Made by a program: the position numbers and the translations under genes. Of a stretch of DNA of 64,000 bases, positions 13,914 to 27,403 are shown piece by piece; position 1 is the first letter of the stretch; the number at the start of each line of letters is the position of its first letter. The notes beneath the pieces were generated by a model, which did not search any database, was not told where the DNA came from, and worked only from the letters and a program-made list of their open reading frames with translations. Source of the stretch: Octopus sinensis (Eukaryota); assembly GCF_006345805.1 (NCBI RefSeq), contig NC_043003.1, positions 51,522,001-51,586,000 on the forward strand, given 5' to 3'.

Positions 13914-14523
13914 AAAAACTTCCACATAGTTTCTGTCCTTAAGGCACTGATCTGCCCATGGCTTATAGCAAAAGTTACAGGGACAAACACAGACACAAAT
14001 ATGTATGTATATATATACACACACACTGGACTTCTTTTGGTACCAACCAAAGTGCTGCACAGTGAGACTGAACTCAAAGCTGCAAGGTTGTAAGATGAGC
14101 TTTTAACCACACAACCATGCCTGTAGCTACGATCAAGTAGACAGACTCATACAAATATTGTGTCTCTATTAAAATAAAGATAATGAGGGAGTGAGAGAAG
14201 AATGAAAAAAGAAGGGAACAAACTGGTAGGGAGAAACAACATATAGACAGACATAGATAAATAGATACAATTATTGCATCTGTATTGATAAAGACATCAA
14301 TTCAAATAATAATATCAACAACACAAAATAAATTCAATATAATATGTATATACGTAAAAAACAACAAAATATTTTTGGAAACTATGTTATTGTCTTCAAA
14401 TGCCAAACATTACATCTTAAAATTCATTCTGTTGAGAATTGGCACAGGACTTCGGTGAAACGCGATTCTATCAAGGTGGAATAATGTAAGAGGAACGAAT
14501 ATATTATCAGTGTAAGTATTGTG

Positions 14524-14525
<2 letters not shown>

Positions 14526-14567
<42 letters not shown>

Positions 14568-14750
14568 GCACACACACACACAAATACATGTTTGTGTATA
14601 TACACATAAACATATATACAGAAGTGTGTATATACATATATTATACATATGTACGAGTGTGTATGTGCGTGTGTGTGTGTGTACACACACACCACACATC
14701 AAAAACATTTAACACATATCCATACAGCGTGCATGCACACACACATAAAT
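14526..14750. repeat. Compound (TA)n/(CA)n/(TG)n microsatellite region downstream of the membralin stop
   Basis: Directly visible dinucleotide arrays. Similar tracts at about 8145-8190 (GA), 11220, 18243, 56878 and 58596. Confidence 0.9.
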
Positions 14751-15195
14751 ATTAACACTGATTTGTTTCCCCTCTTACAAATACCAAAGATCTAGAGTTA
14801 ACAAAAAAAAATAACCGCGCAAAAAAAAAAAAAAGAGGAATTTCTTTTCATCTTGTTACAAATTTATATCAAATTTGTTTCCATGGGACAAAGGTTAAAA
14901 TTGTGAGAATGTTCTCATTTTATTTTGACACCTAAAATTAGGGGCCAGAAAAATATGAAGTTCAAACTAGGTGTAGGTTAAGAGAGGGGACTTAAGGAGA
15001 GAGAGAGAGAGAGAGAGGGGGGAGAGGAAGGCAGAGAAGTTTTGGATCGAGGAGCAAAGAATTAAAAATATACAGAGTAGCAATTCCTGATAAGGATATA
15101 AGCCTTCTTTATTTAGTATCTCTTCTTTTTTTTTTTTAAATTTGTTGTTTTTGTAGTTGTTAGGATTTGTGGTTGAAAACAAAGGTACGAAGAAA

Positions 15196-15930
15196 TCAAT
15201 CAACCATTTCAAAGTTGGAATCAACGGAAGAGGTCCGGTAAGGGCCTGTGTTTTCTGGCTCGAGTTCTTGAGTCCAGACAGCCTGCAGTCTTTCCTGTGT
15301 CTGCTGCATTCGTCGAAAGTTCAGAAGTATATTACGAAATACGTTTGATGGCCTATGCCAAGAATTACGAGAGCGCTGCTGTGTTGTAAACAAATTACTA
15401 TTGCCTCCCATCGGAGTAGATGGTGCCTGAGGCACTGACATTGATCGGAATATACCTCGGTGAGTTAAAGAACGACCAGTGCTTTCTCCAAAACCCTGAG
15501 GAGCTATATGACTCATCGATCTCTGACTAAAACGTGCCATTGGTGGCATCGAGGAAGTATTTTCTTGTGTTGTATTAGAGTCTGAAAAAGGAGAGTCTGG
15601 TGTACTACTACTGCTATTACTACTACTACTATTATGACTGGTTGTTGTGGTCATTGAAGATAGTTCAGATTCAGCTAAGTTGTCCGATGCAGTCTGCGGT
15701 GAATGGCCATCCGGTTGGTCTTCTTGCACTTGACTGGAGCGACTGCTTGTGTTTTCCTCAGTGTTGCTAGCACTACCATCAGGAGAGCTGGAGTGAGAGC
15801 CTTGTTGGTGCTGCTCAGAATTATTTTGGTTGACTCGAATACGTGCTTCCAATAGTATTCCTTCATAAATTTCTGCTTGCTGTTCAATGGCTGGTAATTC
15901 ATAATGGTGAAAGAAAAATACCATAGTATG
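15196..15930 (-). CDS. TMEM259: Membralin coding exon 10 (terminal; TGA at 15198-15196)
   Basis: cag|HTMVFFFHHYELPAI (conserved HS/TM.YFFHHYELPAI motif), then a Ser/Gln-rich tail ending ...SNFEMVD*. The ten exons sum to 2373 nt = 790 aa plus stop. Confidence 0.92.
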   Translation of the reverse strand, partial: HTMVFFFHHYELPAIEQQAEIYEGILLEARIRVNQNNSEQHQQGSHSSSPDGSASNTEENTSSRSSQVQEDQPDGHSPQTASDNLAESELSSMTTTTSHNSSSSNSSSSTPDSPFSDSNTTQENTSSMPPMARFSQRSMSHIAPQGFGESTGRSLTHRGIFRSMSVPQAPSTPMGGNSNLFTTQQRSRNSWHRPSNVFRNILLNFRRMQQTQERLQAVWTQELEPENTGPYRTSSVDSNFEMVD

Positions 15931-17304
15931 CTGGAAAACAAAATGACAAAAAGACATGCATCAATCCATATTCTGCGAAACACATTTTAGTAAACAAATA
16001 AAATTCTTTTACTACTTTCAGTAATTCAACTTCAGACATGCTGAGGCACAATCAATGATTAGGTTAATTATATCAATCCTAAAACTCTAGTATTTTATCT
16101 GGTATTCATTTTATCAACCTCAGAGGTAGAGGATGAAAGGTAAAGTTGATAGGGCACACAAAGAGATAGCCAAGACAGATAAAAAAAAAAGACCCACATG
16201 CTATTTTTCATTTGAGGCACCAAATATCCCATTTTATGTCAATATAGTCATGTAGTTCCTCTACAGTAAGAAAACTTCCTGCTTTGGCCCCTTCTTTCAT
16301 TTTATCGACCTTTTGCCCCTCATCTCCTAGCATGAAGTTGTCCCCCACAGACACACACCAACGGGGTTCAAAATCTTGCAAACAGCATGATACTCTTGCT
16401 AATACCGGTGGCATGTAAAAAGCTCTCAATGCTGCACACTGGTTGAAAGGACATCTAGCCAGTGAAACCAGGCCAAAGCAGACAGAGGAGGACAATGCAG
16501 TCCTTGGGCCCATTGGATCTTATCAAACCATCCAACCCATGCCAAGCATGGAAGATAGACATTAAATGATGATGATATACATAGCCTCAACACAGTTTCT
16601 CTCTGCTAATTTTCCTTTCAAAACTATGAAAGAAGTCACTCATCGAACTTACTATACACTGGGATTGAACACACAATGCCATGATTGCAAAACAGATTTC
16701 TTCACATGAAAAATAAAACTGCTTTATTCATCCCCCCCCCCCCAAATTTTTTAATGTGAAGGAAGTGGGGCTGCAGCACCAGTGACCTTTGCAAACACAC
16801 CAAGACTAATAAAATTGATGTACATCTTGAATAACTGACTTGTGATTCCTTGTAACCCAGTTTGATGCTAGTAGCAGTAGGTGGGAATCTTGAAATTTGT
16901 GCTTGCTGAGGCACCAGATATGCAAACTAAGGAACAAGATGTAGTATTGAGTTTCTGCTGATAAGACATCCCTCCAAGGCTTTGTCTACAAAGCCCAGCT
17001 ACAGCACTATTTGGTAGTAGGTCTCAACTTATAAACTTTTACCACATGTACTCTCTGATAAACTTTAACACAACACAAAGGTGAATGCACAAGGAATCAG
17101 CATGGCAAGAGATCATGCTGGAAGCCTGGACTGAGCTTTTGCAACAGAGTGAACCCTTACTAAAGGAACTTAAGGGCCATGAAGTGGTGTTAAATTAGGC
17201 AGTATGATGGGCCTGCCACTCAAAATGAATTATTGATGTTATATGAATTCAAAATATGAATAATATGAAAAATATGAATAATTCAAAATGAATTATTGAT
17301 GTTA

Positions 17305-17472
<168 letters not shown>

Positions 17473-17939
17473 TCAAAGTTGTTTTCAAAAAGTTAATTTT
17501 TAACAACAATAACAAAATCACGTCATTGTGAAGTAAATTCATTATATATAAATAAGTTTGTTAATTGCAGAGAAAATAACACAGAAATATCACTATGATA
17601 GGCTGTTGATCAATTAATATGCGAGAGAGAGGTGGGGGTTAAGTATAGTTAGAACATATGATCTGTAAATCCCATTACCAGATAATAGATGTTAGGGATC
17701 TGTTCTGAAGATTAGGGTCCTAATTCTGTCAGACGCAGTCTAAGATTTTAAGAAATTATAAAGATATAAATCAATCTTTCTTCAAAAACAATCTCAGACT
17801 ATTAACCCACCTAACAGCAGAAAGATCATGATTTCTACATAAAATCACTCCAGTTTACAATGATAAAAATTAGTACAAAATTTTAATGACCAAAGCAAAA
17901 AAAAGCAAAAAAAGTAAAAGAGAAAAACAAAACTGCCTA

Positions 17940-18122
<183 letters not shown>

Positions 18123-18242
18123 TCAAGTAACAGCAATAGGGATGATTTAATGATAGGCAACACAATACCTAGACTCAACAAGACACTTCAATAACGGGAA
18201 ATAACTATCAGAAAAAAAACTACCAGTGTGTTTCATTGTAAC

Positions 18243-18275
<33 letters not shown>

Positions 18276-21200
18276 CAGCATGAAGTCCACCTTTCTATGC
18301 TTGCAGGAGTCAGACAGAGTTTATTGAGGTATATTTCCTATGGCTGGATGCTCTTCTTCTTGTTAATCCTCATCTGTTTTCAGGCAAAGTAATATTTTCC
18401 TTTAGCTAGGCATGTTTTTCATGGAAGAGTTGTATGGTGACGATGATAATGCTCATTTACAAATATCATGTGATGTCTTGAAAAGGGTGTGCATACACGC
18501 GCACACACAGACACATACACACAATGGGTTTCTGTCAGTTTCCATCTACCAAACCCACTTAGAAGGCTAGGCTTTGGTTAGCCTGGCGTTATAGTAGAAG
18601 ACACTTGCCCAATATACCATCAAGCAGAATCAGTTAGTCATCACTATTTGTGTTAAGAGTGAACATAGGTTTAGTGCACTTGGTGATTACCTGTGAGTTA
18701 AACTATGAAGGATTTTGAAAGAATAAATATGTTTGTCCAGGAAATTCTGTTTAATTTTTGAAAAAAAAACCAACTTAAATAGTCTTTTCTAATGTTACAG
18801 TTGTCTTATGAGGAGAATTGTTTGAGCTGTATTCAAAATCAAAGGCAATACTTTCAAACTGGGAAGGACATACATCAAAGATGGTCCCAAATCTAAATGA
18901 CCTTTCATCAACAATGGGTGATGATTATATAGCCAAAGTGGATGCTGCGATCTGTGAAAAATCATTGACTGTCCACAAAATTTCAAAAGTAGACAAGGCT
19001 CAAAGTTCATGCCACAAGACATCGAAAGAAAAGTCAAAGATGCAGCGTATCATCCTTCATCTTTTATTTCTTTTAGTCATTGGACTGCAGCCATGCAGGG
19101 GCACTGCCCTGAAGGGTTTAGTTCAAACAAATCAAGCTCAGTACTTGTTTCTTATTATAGTGGTCTCTTTTGTTGAAGCACTAAGTCATGCGAGTATAAA
19201 CAAACCAACACAGATTGTCAAGTGGTGGTGGTAGTGGTATAAACACACACATTTGACAGGCTCCATACAACTTCCATCTACTAAATTCACTCATAAGGCA
19301 TTGGTTGGCCCAGGACTATAGTAGAAGACACTTGTCCAAGGTGTCTTACAGTAGGGCTGAACCTGAATCCATGTGATTGCTATGTGAGCCTCTTAACTAC
19401 ACAACCATGCTTGAACAAAAACAGCACCAAGAACTCACAGTCAGTAAGAAGCTGTTGGATCAATTGAAAGTTGATGAAAACGTTCTGAAAATATGTCATA
19501 ACTGATGACATGTGGGTGTATGGCTTGTAACTGTGGCCAAAAACCAAAGTACATCAGAGCTACTCAAAAGTGGCAGCGTGGCTGTGTGGTTAGAAGTTTG
19601 CTTCCCAACCCCATGGTTCTGTATTCATCCCCATTGCGTGGTACTTTGGGCAAGTGTTTTCTATGGCTTCCAGCTGACCAAAGCCTTGTGAATAGATTTT
19701 GTAGACAGAAACCCATTGTGTGTGTGTGTGTGTGTGTGTACGCGCATGTCATTGTTTGTCCTCCATCACTGCTTGACAATTGATGTTGGTGTGTGTACAT
19801 AACATAGCGGTTCGGCAAGAGACCGATAGAATAAGTACAAGACTTTAAAAATATAAAAAAAGAAATAAGTACTTGGATTGATTCATTTGACTAAAACTTC
19901 TTCAAGGCAGTGCCCCAGCATGGCTGCAATTTAATGACTGAAACAAGATAAAAGATAGATGATGATGATGACTGCTTTTGACTGGAACATCATTCACCTG
20001 ACTATCAAGTTTAGAAGATAAGGGAGTCGTCCTGAAGTATTTCTGATAAGCAGTGTGAAGGAAATCTGGATGTTGCATTATAAGAATGCAACATCAACTC
20101 ATGCTTCAGTCCATATCTGTGGTTTTTTCAGTAAAGCACGAAAGGACTCTCCAACCTCCAACTTCCCTCCTCTCCAAATTAGACCTCCACAAACTTTTTT
20201 GTTTCAGATGTTGACTCTGAATAGCTAACTAGTTTAGAAGCTAGAAGAGATCAAAGGAAATTTGTACAAGAAATGCATGCTGTCCCTGGAAACATATTAG
20301 AAAGAGCACTGGGAGTAGTGTATCAAGAGTGGAGGGAGCTAGTTTGGAGACAAGTCTCATTTAATTCTAAGTAAAGCAATAAATTAGTTTTTTTCTTTAA
20401 AATATATGGTTCCTTTTTCGACAAACCTTATATCTACATTACTGAAAAAGTAACATCACTTTTGTGTGTGCATGTGTGTATGCTTTGACCGTCATGTTCA
20501 ACAATAGTTTGAAGGCAATAATCTCCAACATCTTTTTGTAATGGTGTCTGTGCTTGTGTAGGATTTCCTAGAAATCGATTTACTTTGGTACTCCCATTCT
20601 GATAACATTACTTTCATTTTATATTATTTGCGTTTATCATGGAGTGCATTTATAAGGAGAGGGATTTTAGGTTTTCGAAGAAATCTAATGAGAAACATTC
20701 AAATTCCTTTGATAAAAATTATATGATAAATACTTTATTTTACTTAATTTTTTTCCAAATTCTTACACGTTGTACTATCAGTAATGAAATTAACCTTTCT
20801 GTGCATTATTTTACTTCTCTGTGAAGATATACATTTTTAGGGAGTGTTACTTTTGTTCCAGTGAGAAAACTTTTTTCTTTATTACTATTACAGATGCAAA
20901 TGTAGCTGTTTGTTTCCCAAACACATATTTTCTGGTTCAGTCTCACTGCATGGCGCCTTGGGCAAGTGTCTTCAGCTATAATCCCAGGTTAATCAAAGCC
21001 TTTTGAGTGGATTTTATAGGCAGAAACTGAAAGAAACCTGTCATATATCAATACTTTAAGCCCACTTTTCTATGCTTGCATGAGGTAGATTTTCTATGGC
21101 TGGGTGCTTGTTGCCAATCCTCACCTGTTTCCAAGTAAGAGAATATTTCTCTATCACCAGATATTCTCACAGAATATTGGAAAACAAATGACACTACTTC

Positions 21201-22919
21201 TATGATAGCGAAAATCATTTTACAACTATCACACGTTGTCAAGACAAAAGACACACACACACACACATAAAAGGCTTCTTTAGGTTATCATTTACCAAAT
21301 CTACTTGTCTTGACATTGCATGGTAGTTGTAAATGATTGTCACTGTATTACAAGCGGTATCATTCATTTTCAATACTCTGCAGATTGGAGCCTGGTGCAG
21401 CCATCTGGTTCACCAGACCTCAGTCAAATCATCCAACCCATGCTAGCATGGAAAGCGGATGTTAAACGATGACGATGATGATGCAAGAACATGTCTGGCC
21501 AAAAGAAATATTACTTTACTTAGAAACAGTTGGAGGTTGGCAACAGGAAGGGCATCTGGCTGACCCATGGAAGTACAGAAAAGTTGACATTAGAGGATGA
21601 TGATGATGAAGATGATGTAACAAGTGATAAGAAATTTTTTTTTACTGTCAGCAACACATTGCTAAGTGCCATAATTAGCTCTTATTATATACTGTTGGGT
21701 CAAGCCAGACTTTTAATTTCCTATAGATAATGGATTCAGAAACAGCAGGCATTCAACCTGCAACTGGAAGAAATAGTAGCAAATGGTTTGATATTGTTTT
21801 CTATAACATGATCATTTGCAAAGAATTAGTCAATAGAATCAGGACTATGATCCATTGTTCTTTGTACTTTTGTTCCTAAGAGGAAAGAAATTTTGGAATG
21901 TGATGCACATGGGTGTGAATTAATAAAAGAATGCTGAAGGAGTATAATGCATACAAGCGGATGCATAGAGCGAATGATTTTAAATGTTTCAGTTAAGAGG
22001 CAGATGATCACAAGAATACATTTTCAAAAGCCATTGCAATAAAGACTAACATCTCCAATGGGTTGGAAAGAAGAAGAAAGAACTAAGAGTAAAATGCTAT
22101 CGAGGTTTGAAGGATCAAATGCAAAGTGACAATCTTAATGGTTGTAATGATAGTTATGATATGCTTCCAAAATCCTTCATTAAGGAACTTAGGTTCTACA
22201 AAAAAAAAAAACCTTGATGCTCTTATCAATTCTGCACTTGAAGAAATTAACATATTTGATGGAGAAACCAGTTGCAAAAGCATTGATACCCACAAAGGAG
22301 ACAAAATGTGTGCAATTTTCCAATGCAGTTGCTAAACAACTGTAATTCTGATTAAGTGACCCCAATCCCACTGCAGACTTTAACCTTGAAAAAAGAAAGT
22401 GTTGTTATGCCACTCCAGAATTTGAATAAGGCTACTAGGTCTTGTAATGAAACAAGAATTCAAATAACTCAATTACATGAATGCATGGTTGAAGACAACA
22501 ATATACAAACATACTACTACACCATGAACTAAAGGGAGTATTACTCTGTTACTGTGCCTCTCACCCTGATATAATTACAGCTTCCAACCTGAGCGGTTTT
22601 CACAATGATAGTCAATAAATCTAAATGTCAATCATTAAGTAAAATAGGTTGGACTGACTTATTTGTTATGGATATAAGTAGCTCAGTCACAAATTACACC
22701 AAGTATTGCAAGTTTAAGGACAATGTTGAAAAAAGAGAAAAATAACAAACAATGTATACACTAAAGATTTCCAATGTTTAACTTATATAACTTTCAGACC
22801 AACCAGATTTTTTAATTCAGATATATATATATACATATATCCCCAAGAGTACACAAGAGAGACAGAGACAGGCAGAAACAAGAAAAATGCCACTTGTATT
22901 TGAACACTATGCAAATATT

Positions 22920-23607
22920 CTTTTAAAAAACTTTTCTTTTAATTTTTCCAAAACTTAATTGTTTTCCATACTTACAGTTGAAAAAGTCTCAATGACTGAA
23001 ACTGATACTGAAATGTTTTTTATAAAATTATTTTAGCATTTTCTACCTTGACATTTTTTCCCATTCCCCCTCCTTAACTCCTTTGTTCCTCTTTTTCTCT
23101 CTCTTCTCTTCTCACGTGACCCATAGGCCAGACTGCTAGCCTTCTTTTTGCGTCTGACTGTGGTCACTGCCACATCGATACTTTTCCCTGTGTTTGTGAA
23201 AGTTTTGTATCTCTGCCGTAGGCTTCATTTTCACACACGCCAGCTAAATTCAATTCGTCCCCAGTCGAAAGACACCTGTTGTTATGTCCTGTTATTATTA
23301 TTATTTTTAATTGTATTTTGTATTTATATTCGTGTAACATCGTCTGTTTTTCTGTCCTTGTTTTCGTATACATTCGATGCTTTCTTCCAAGGAATCTAAT
23401 ACTCTTAGCTTAGTTTTTCCTTGGGGCTAGCCAGATTGGAGCAATCTCAAGATTAATCAGCCGAAATTGCGAGGATGATCTGACGATAGAAAGCTTCAAA
23501 TGACCCGTCCTTGTTTTCTTTGTATCGTCTATCTGGATGTTTTGTTGTCCCTTTTTGTATCACCTAGTTGTCCGGATGTTTTGCGTTCTTATCCCATTTT
23601 GTACTTT
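22920..23607 (+). mobile_element. Older hammerhead-bearing repeat ending at (TA)n (left boundary approximate)
   Basis: Degenerate hammerhead at 22975-23010, then T-rich, CpG-containing sequence distinct from its flanks, terminating at (TA)n near 23607. Confidence 0.4.
22975..23010 (+). ncRNA. Degenerate minimal type I hammerhead motif, U3-A8 variant
   Basis: cag|ttgaaaa|agtc tcaat gact|gaaa|ctga|ta|ctg: 3-bp stem I and perfect 4-bp stem II. Stem III is mismatched (ctga instead of a palindrome such as ccgg). Confidence 0.55.
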
Positions 23608-24443
23608 ATATATATATATACATACATGTATTTTCATACTTATAACATTTCACTCTAAATCATTAATCTGTATCATCAACAGCTGCTGAGCACATTTTCA
23701 GCTAGTGTTAAAGATAAGTGAACTAAATTGCACTGAAGGAGTGACAAGTATGAAGATGTGAAGAAGAGAGAGATGTTTAGAAGACAAGACAAATAGGGAA
23801 CTGTATTAACAGCATCGATAATAGTGAAAATGGTAGTAGAGATGATGATGTCAAGGACAGCTGCAAAGGCAATAATTCTTTCTATTTTAGGCACAAAGCC
23901 TGAAATTTTGGGAGGAGGAGTACGGCTGATTACATCAATCCCAGTGCTTAACTAGTACTTATTTTATCAACTCTGAAAAAAAAATGAAAGGAAAAGCCGT
24001 TCTTGGTGGAATTTGAACTCAGAATGTAGCAATGGGCAAAATGCCACTAAGCATGCTACCAGTTCTGCCAGTTTGCCACCTTTAGAAAGGCAATAAGAAT
24101 AGCAGTGGTTAGGAGTTCTCTTTTACAAACACAAATCTGAACAGACAGGAATAGAATCATTGCCACCACCTACTATCATTATTAAAGACTGGAATGGTAT
24201 TAAGACAGTGAGCTGGCAGAATCGTTAGCATGCCAGGTAGAATGCTTAGTGGCATTTCGTCCACCTTGACATTCTGAGTTTAAATTCCGCTGAGGTTGAC
24301 TTTCATCCTTTCGGAGTCAATAAAATAAGTGCTAGTTGAACATGGGGCGATGTAATCAACTCATCCCCTCCCACCAAATTGCTGCCTTTGTGGCAAAATT
24401 TGAAGCCAATTATTAAAGACTGGAACGACTGAGGCGATGTCTA

Positions 24444-24551
<108 letters not shown>

Positions 24552-25470
24552 TCAAAAAATTAAACAAATAACCTCAAATGAGAAACAGAACGTCAAGGAA
24601 TTTCACCTCTGAGTTTCTTACATGAGAAGGTGGTATATCTAGAATTTTCTCAGGAGACGTCAATGACAAGTCTTTCGCATTTCTCAGTTGTTCTGGATTT
24701 GGTGATTGTAGTAAGATATTTAAGGAAGTTATGGCCATTACATTGATAGGTTGAATTTCTGTGTAGAAATTTCACACAGAATGAAGACTCATTCATTGGC
24801 TTAGTCTATCTTATTCACCTCCACTGATGACACCACGCCAGTCATTGAATCATGCAAGAATAGACCAGATCCAAACACACACACACAGACATTTTCTCTC
24901 TCTCTCTCTAAATATTACAACATCAAGGCCTGAGCACAGCACTTATTTTCAACAGGTATTTTGTTGATAGCATTAAAAATATAAATGCCAGCACTGAATC
25001 TTATTGAGTAAATATGCCATTTGATAGCTAATGATAGAGATTTTACATGACCATACGATCTGATAGAAATAAGAGCCAAATCTTCCTCAAATCACAACCA
25101 AGTATCTTAGGAAGTGACAACCTACAACTGAAAAACAACACATCCACTAACATAAACACCATTACCCAATATGAGAACAGCATCTATATGCCCATTTGAC
25201 CTGCTGTAAATAGCAGCCCCCCAAAAAAGAAGACAATATATTGAGGAATGCAGGAATGTCTGAATGCAAGGCAACATGATCATGGCAAGAATGTCTTTCA
25301 TCATAGGTTTACTAGATTAGGGGATGATCTAGGTATCAATAAATTACTTCAGTTAAGTCATATTTTATGAGAATGAACTGCAATATGCTATCTTCACCAC
25401 TTCAGGGAGGATTGATAAAATTAGAACTGGCTGAGGATAAAGAGAAAGCAAAATATATTGACTGACTTAC

Positions 25471-25528
25471 CTATAAACATAAAAATCTGTCGATGTGAAT
25501 ATCGTAGGAGGGTTGACACAGATACTGT
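25471..25528 (-). CDS. TMEM259: Membralin coding exon 6
   Basis: TVSVSTLLRYSHRQIFMFI(V); cag|...|gtaagt, 58 nt, phase 0 to 1. Confidence 0.93.
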
Positions 25529-27302
25529 CTGTTGAGAGAAGAAAACATACAATATTTAGACAACCTCAAAAGCATAAATAGATTTGAGTATAAAGTGCTG
25601 AACTATTAACTGCATGGTCATGAACTCAAACCTTAACTATAGCAGCTGTTTAGTTGCACTTCCAGCTGCTAGTATGAAAGAGGTTCTGCTCTTCACGGAT
25701 GACTGATTAAAGGTTAGAAGAACAGTCTCTCCAACATGATACAAATGTCCCAATTTATAAACACTATCTAGATGCAGGCCTGGTTGTGTGGTTGAGAAGC
25801 TTGCTTCCTTACCATGTGGTCTTGGGTTCAGTCCCACTGTGCAGCACCTCAGGCAAGTGTCTTTTACTACAGCTCCAAACCAACCAAAGCCTTGAGAGTG
25901 GACTTGGTGCACAGAAACTGAAAGAAGCCTGTTCTGTGTGTGTGTGTATGTGTGTGTGAATGATCTTGTGTAGACCATGGTGGTTATAAATGAGCATCAT
26001 TGCCATATAAGTGAGGTTATTCATTCCTAGTCTTCTGTAAAAAAACATCTAGGAATGGGGAAAATATTACCTTGCTTGGAAACAGGCAAAGGTTGGTGAT
26101 CCAACCAGAGAAAATCTATCTCAACAAATCTTGTTTGACTCTTGCAAGCACAGAAAGTGGATGTTCAATGATGAGGATATTCAGATCCTACTGATACACA
26201 AATAAGGATCTTGACAAGTGAAGAAAACTCAGTGTAAAAATTGCTTTAGCTGAAAAATTTGGGTTCCAGAAGCATCAGTTTTGCCCAAAGAACCATTGTT
26301 AGATAATATTAAACCAAACAGGAGAAATGTTCGCAGAGACTCCTTCCAAGTAGTGGTCAACCAAAGAGTTGAGTGAAGATGTGACTTCATTCACTTGCAT
26401 CATCATTACCATTATCATCATTCGTTATAATAAGGTCATGTATATTTACTCATACCAATATCTAATGCAGACATTGTCAATTAAACATATATATGCAAAA
26501 GAAAAATTATTAACATGAAACAATTAATCAGATAGCTTTATATTATTTTATATCAATCCATATCAAATCTCAATAGTACACACACTTGACCAAAAACTGT
26601 TTCTACTTAATTCAAAAGAAACCATCCATTGTACATTCAGTTGACCCACAAAAACCACATATTGCTTCCTCTACAGTTCTACACATACCAACCCACTATA
26701 TTTACTACAATTCTATAAAAACATAGCACCCACTCAAGTCTCACATGCCACTGTATTTCCTCTACTCTCATATTTCATACAGTTCTACATCAATTGTTCC
26801 AGTGTATTTTTCAGTTTTTTTCCCCATCTACACAAAACTCCTTTTTTTTCATTTAGAAGTATTCATTTTTTATTTAAAAATTCATTTCTATATGTGATTC
26901 TTTCATTTTAATTCCTCTAAGCCCAGAATGAGACAACTAAGTGCAGCTGTTTGTATGTTGACAATTTAGCACAGCTGACTGAACATTCACCCTGTTTGGA
27001 GACAGTACTTTTTGATGCTGGAGGAAAACACACATGCAGAGGGAGAGAGAGAGATTAAAACATCTGATGTCAAATAAGCTATCACTGAATTAGTGAAACC
27101 AAACAGGTGTCAAAAGCCAGCTGTGCCAAAATGTCTTGTACTCATCTCACCCAAATCAAACTCAAACTAATCATCACTGCTCTGCCCAACAAGTGTTTGT
27201 ATTAGCTGTATGTGCTTTTAGTCTCTGAAGGATGCTATGCAAAATAAAGAACTGTTCATGCACAGGAATAAATAGCAAGGTGGGGTATAGTAAGAAACTT
27301 AC

Positions 27303-27403
27303 AAACAGAAACATAATGAGCGCAGCAGCCATGTAAGAAGAACGAGTCATCCACATACTGACAAACTTGTAGTGTTCTCCTGTTACTACATTGCGTAGGA
27401 AAC
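27303..27403 (-). CDS. TMEM259: Membralin coding exon 5
   Basis: (G)FLRNVVTGEHYKFVSMWMTRSSYMAAALIMFLF; cag|...|gtaagt, 101 nt, phase 1 to 0. Confidence 0.95.

Noticed and set aside
14428-14470. Hammerhead-like ttgagaa...gaaacgcg
   Set aside because: Stem II does not close correctly, no UH cleavage site follows cgcg, and there is no stem I.
18818-19234. 138-aa ORF as a nested gene
   Set aside because: Starts at TTG, its second half is a SINE read in reverse, and there is no recognisable domain or splice structure. At most a decayed transposon remnant.
23478-23512. ctgacga...caaatgacccgtc as a second hammerhead in the 23 kb element
   Set aside because: No GAAA and no convincing stems I or II in this copy.
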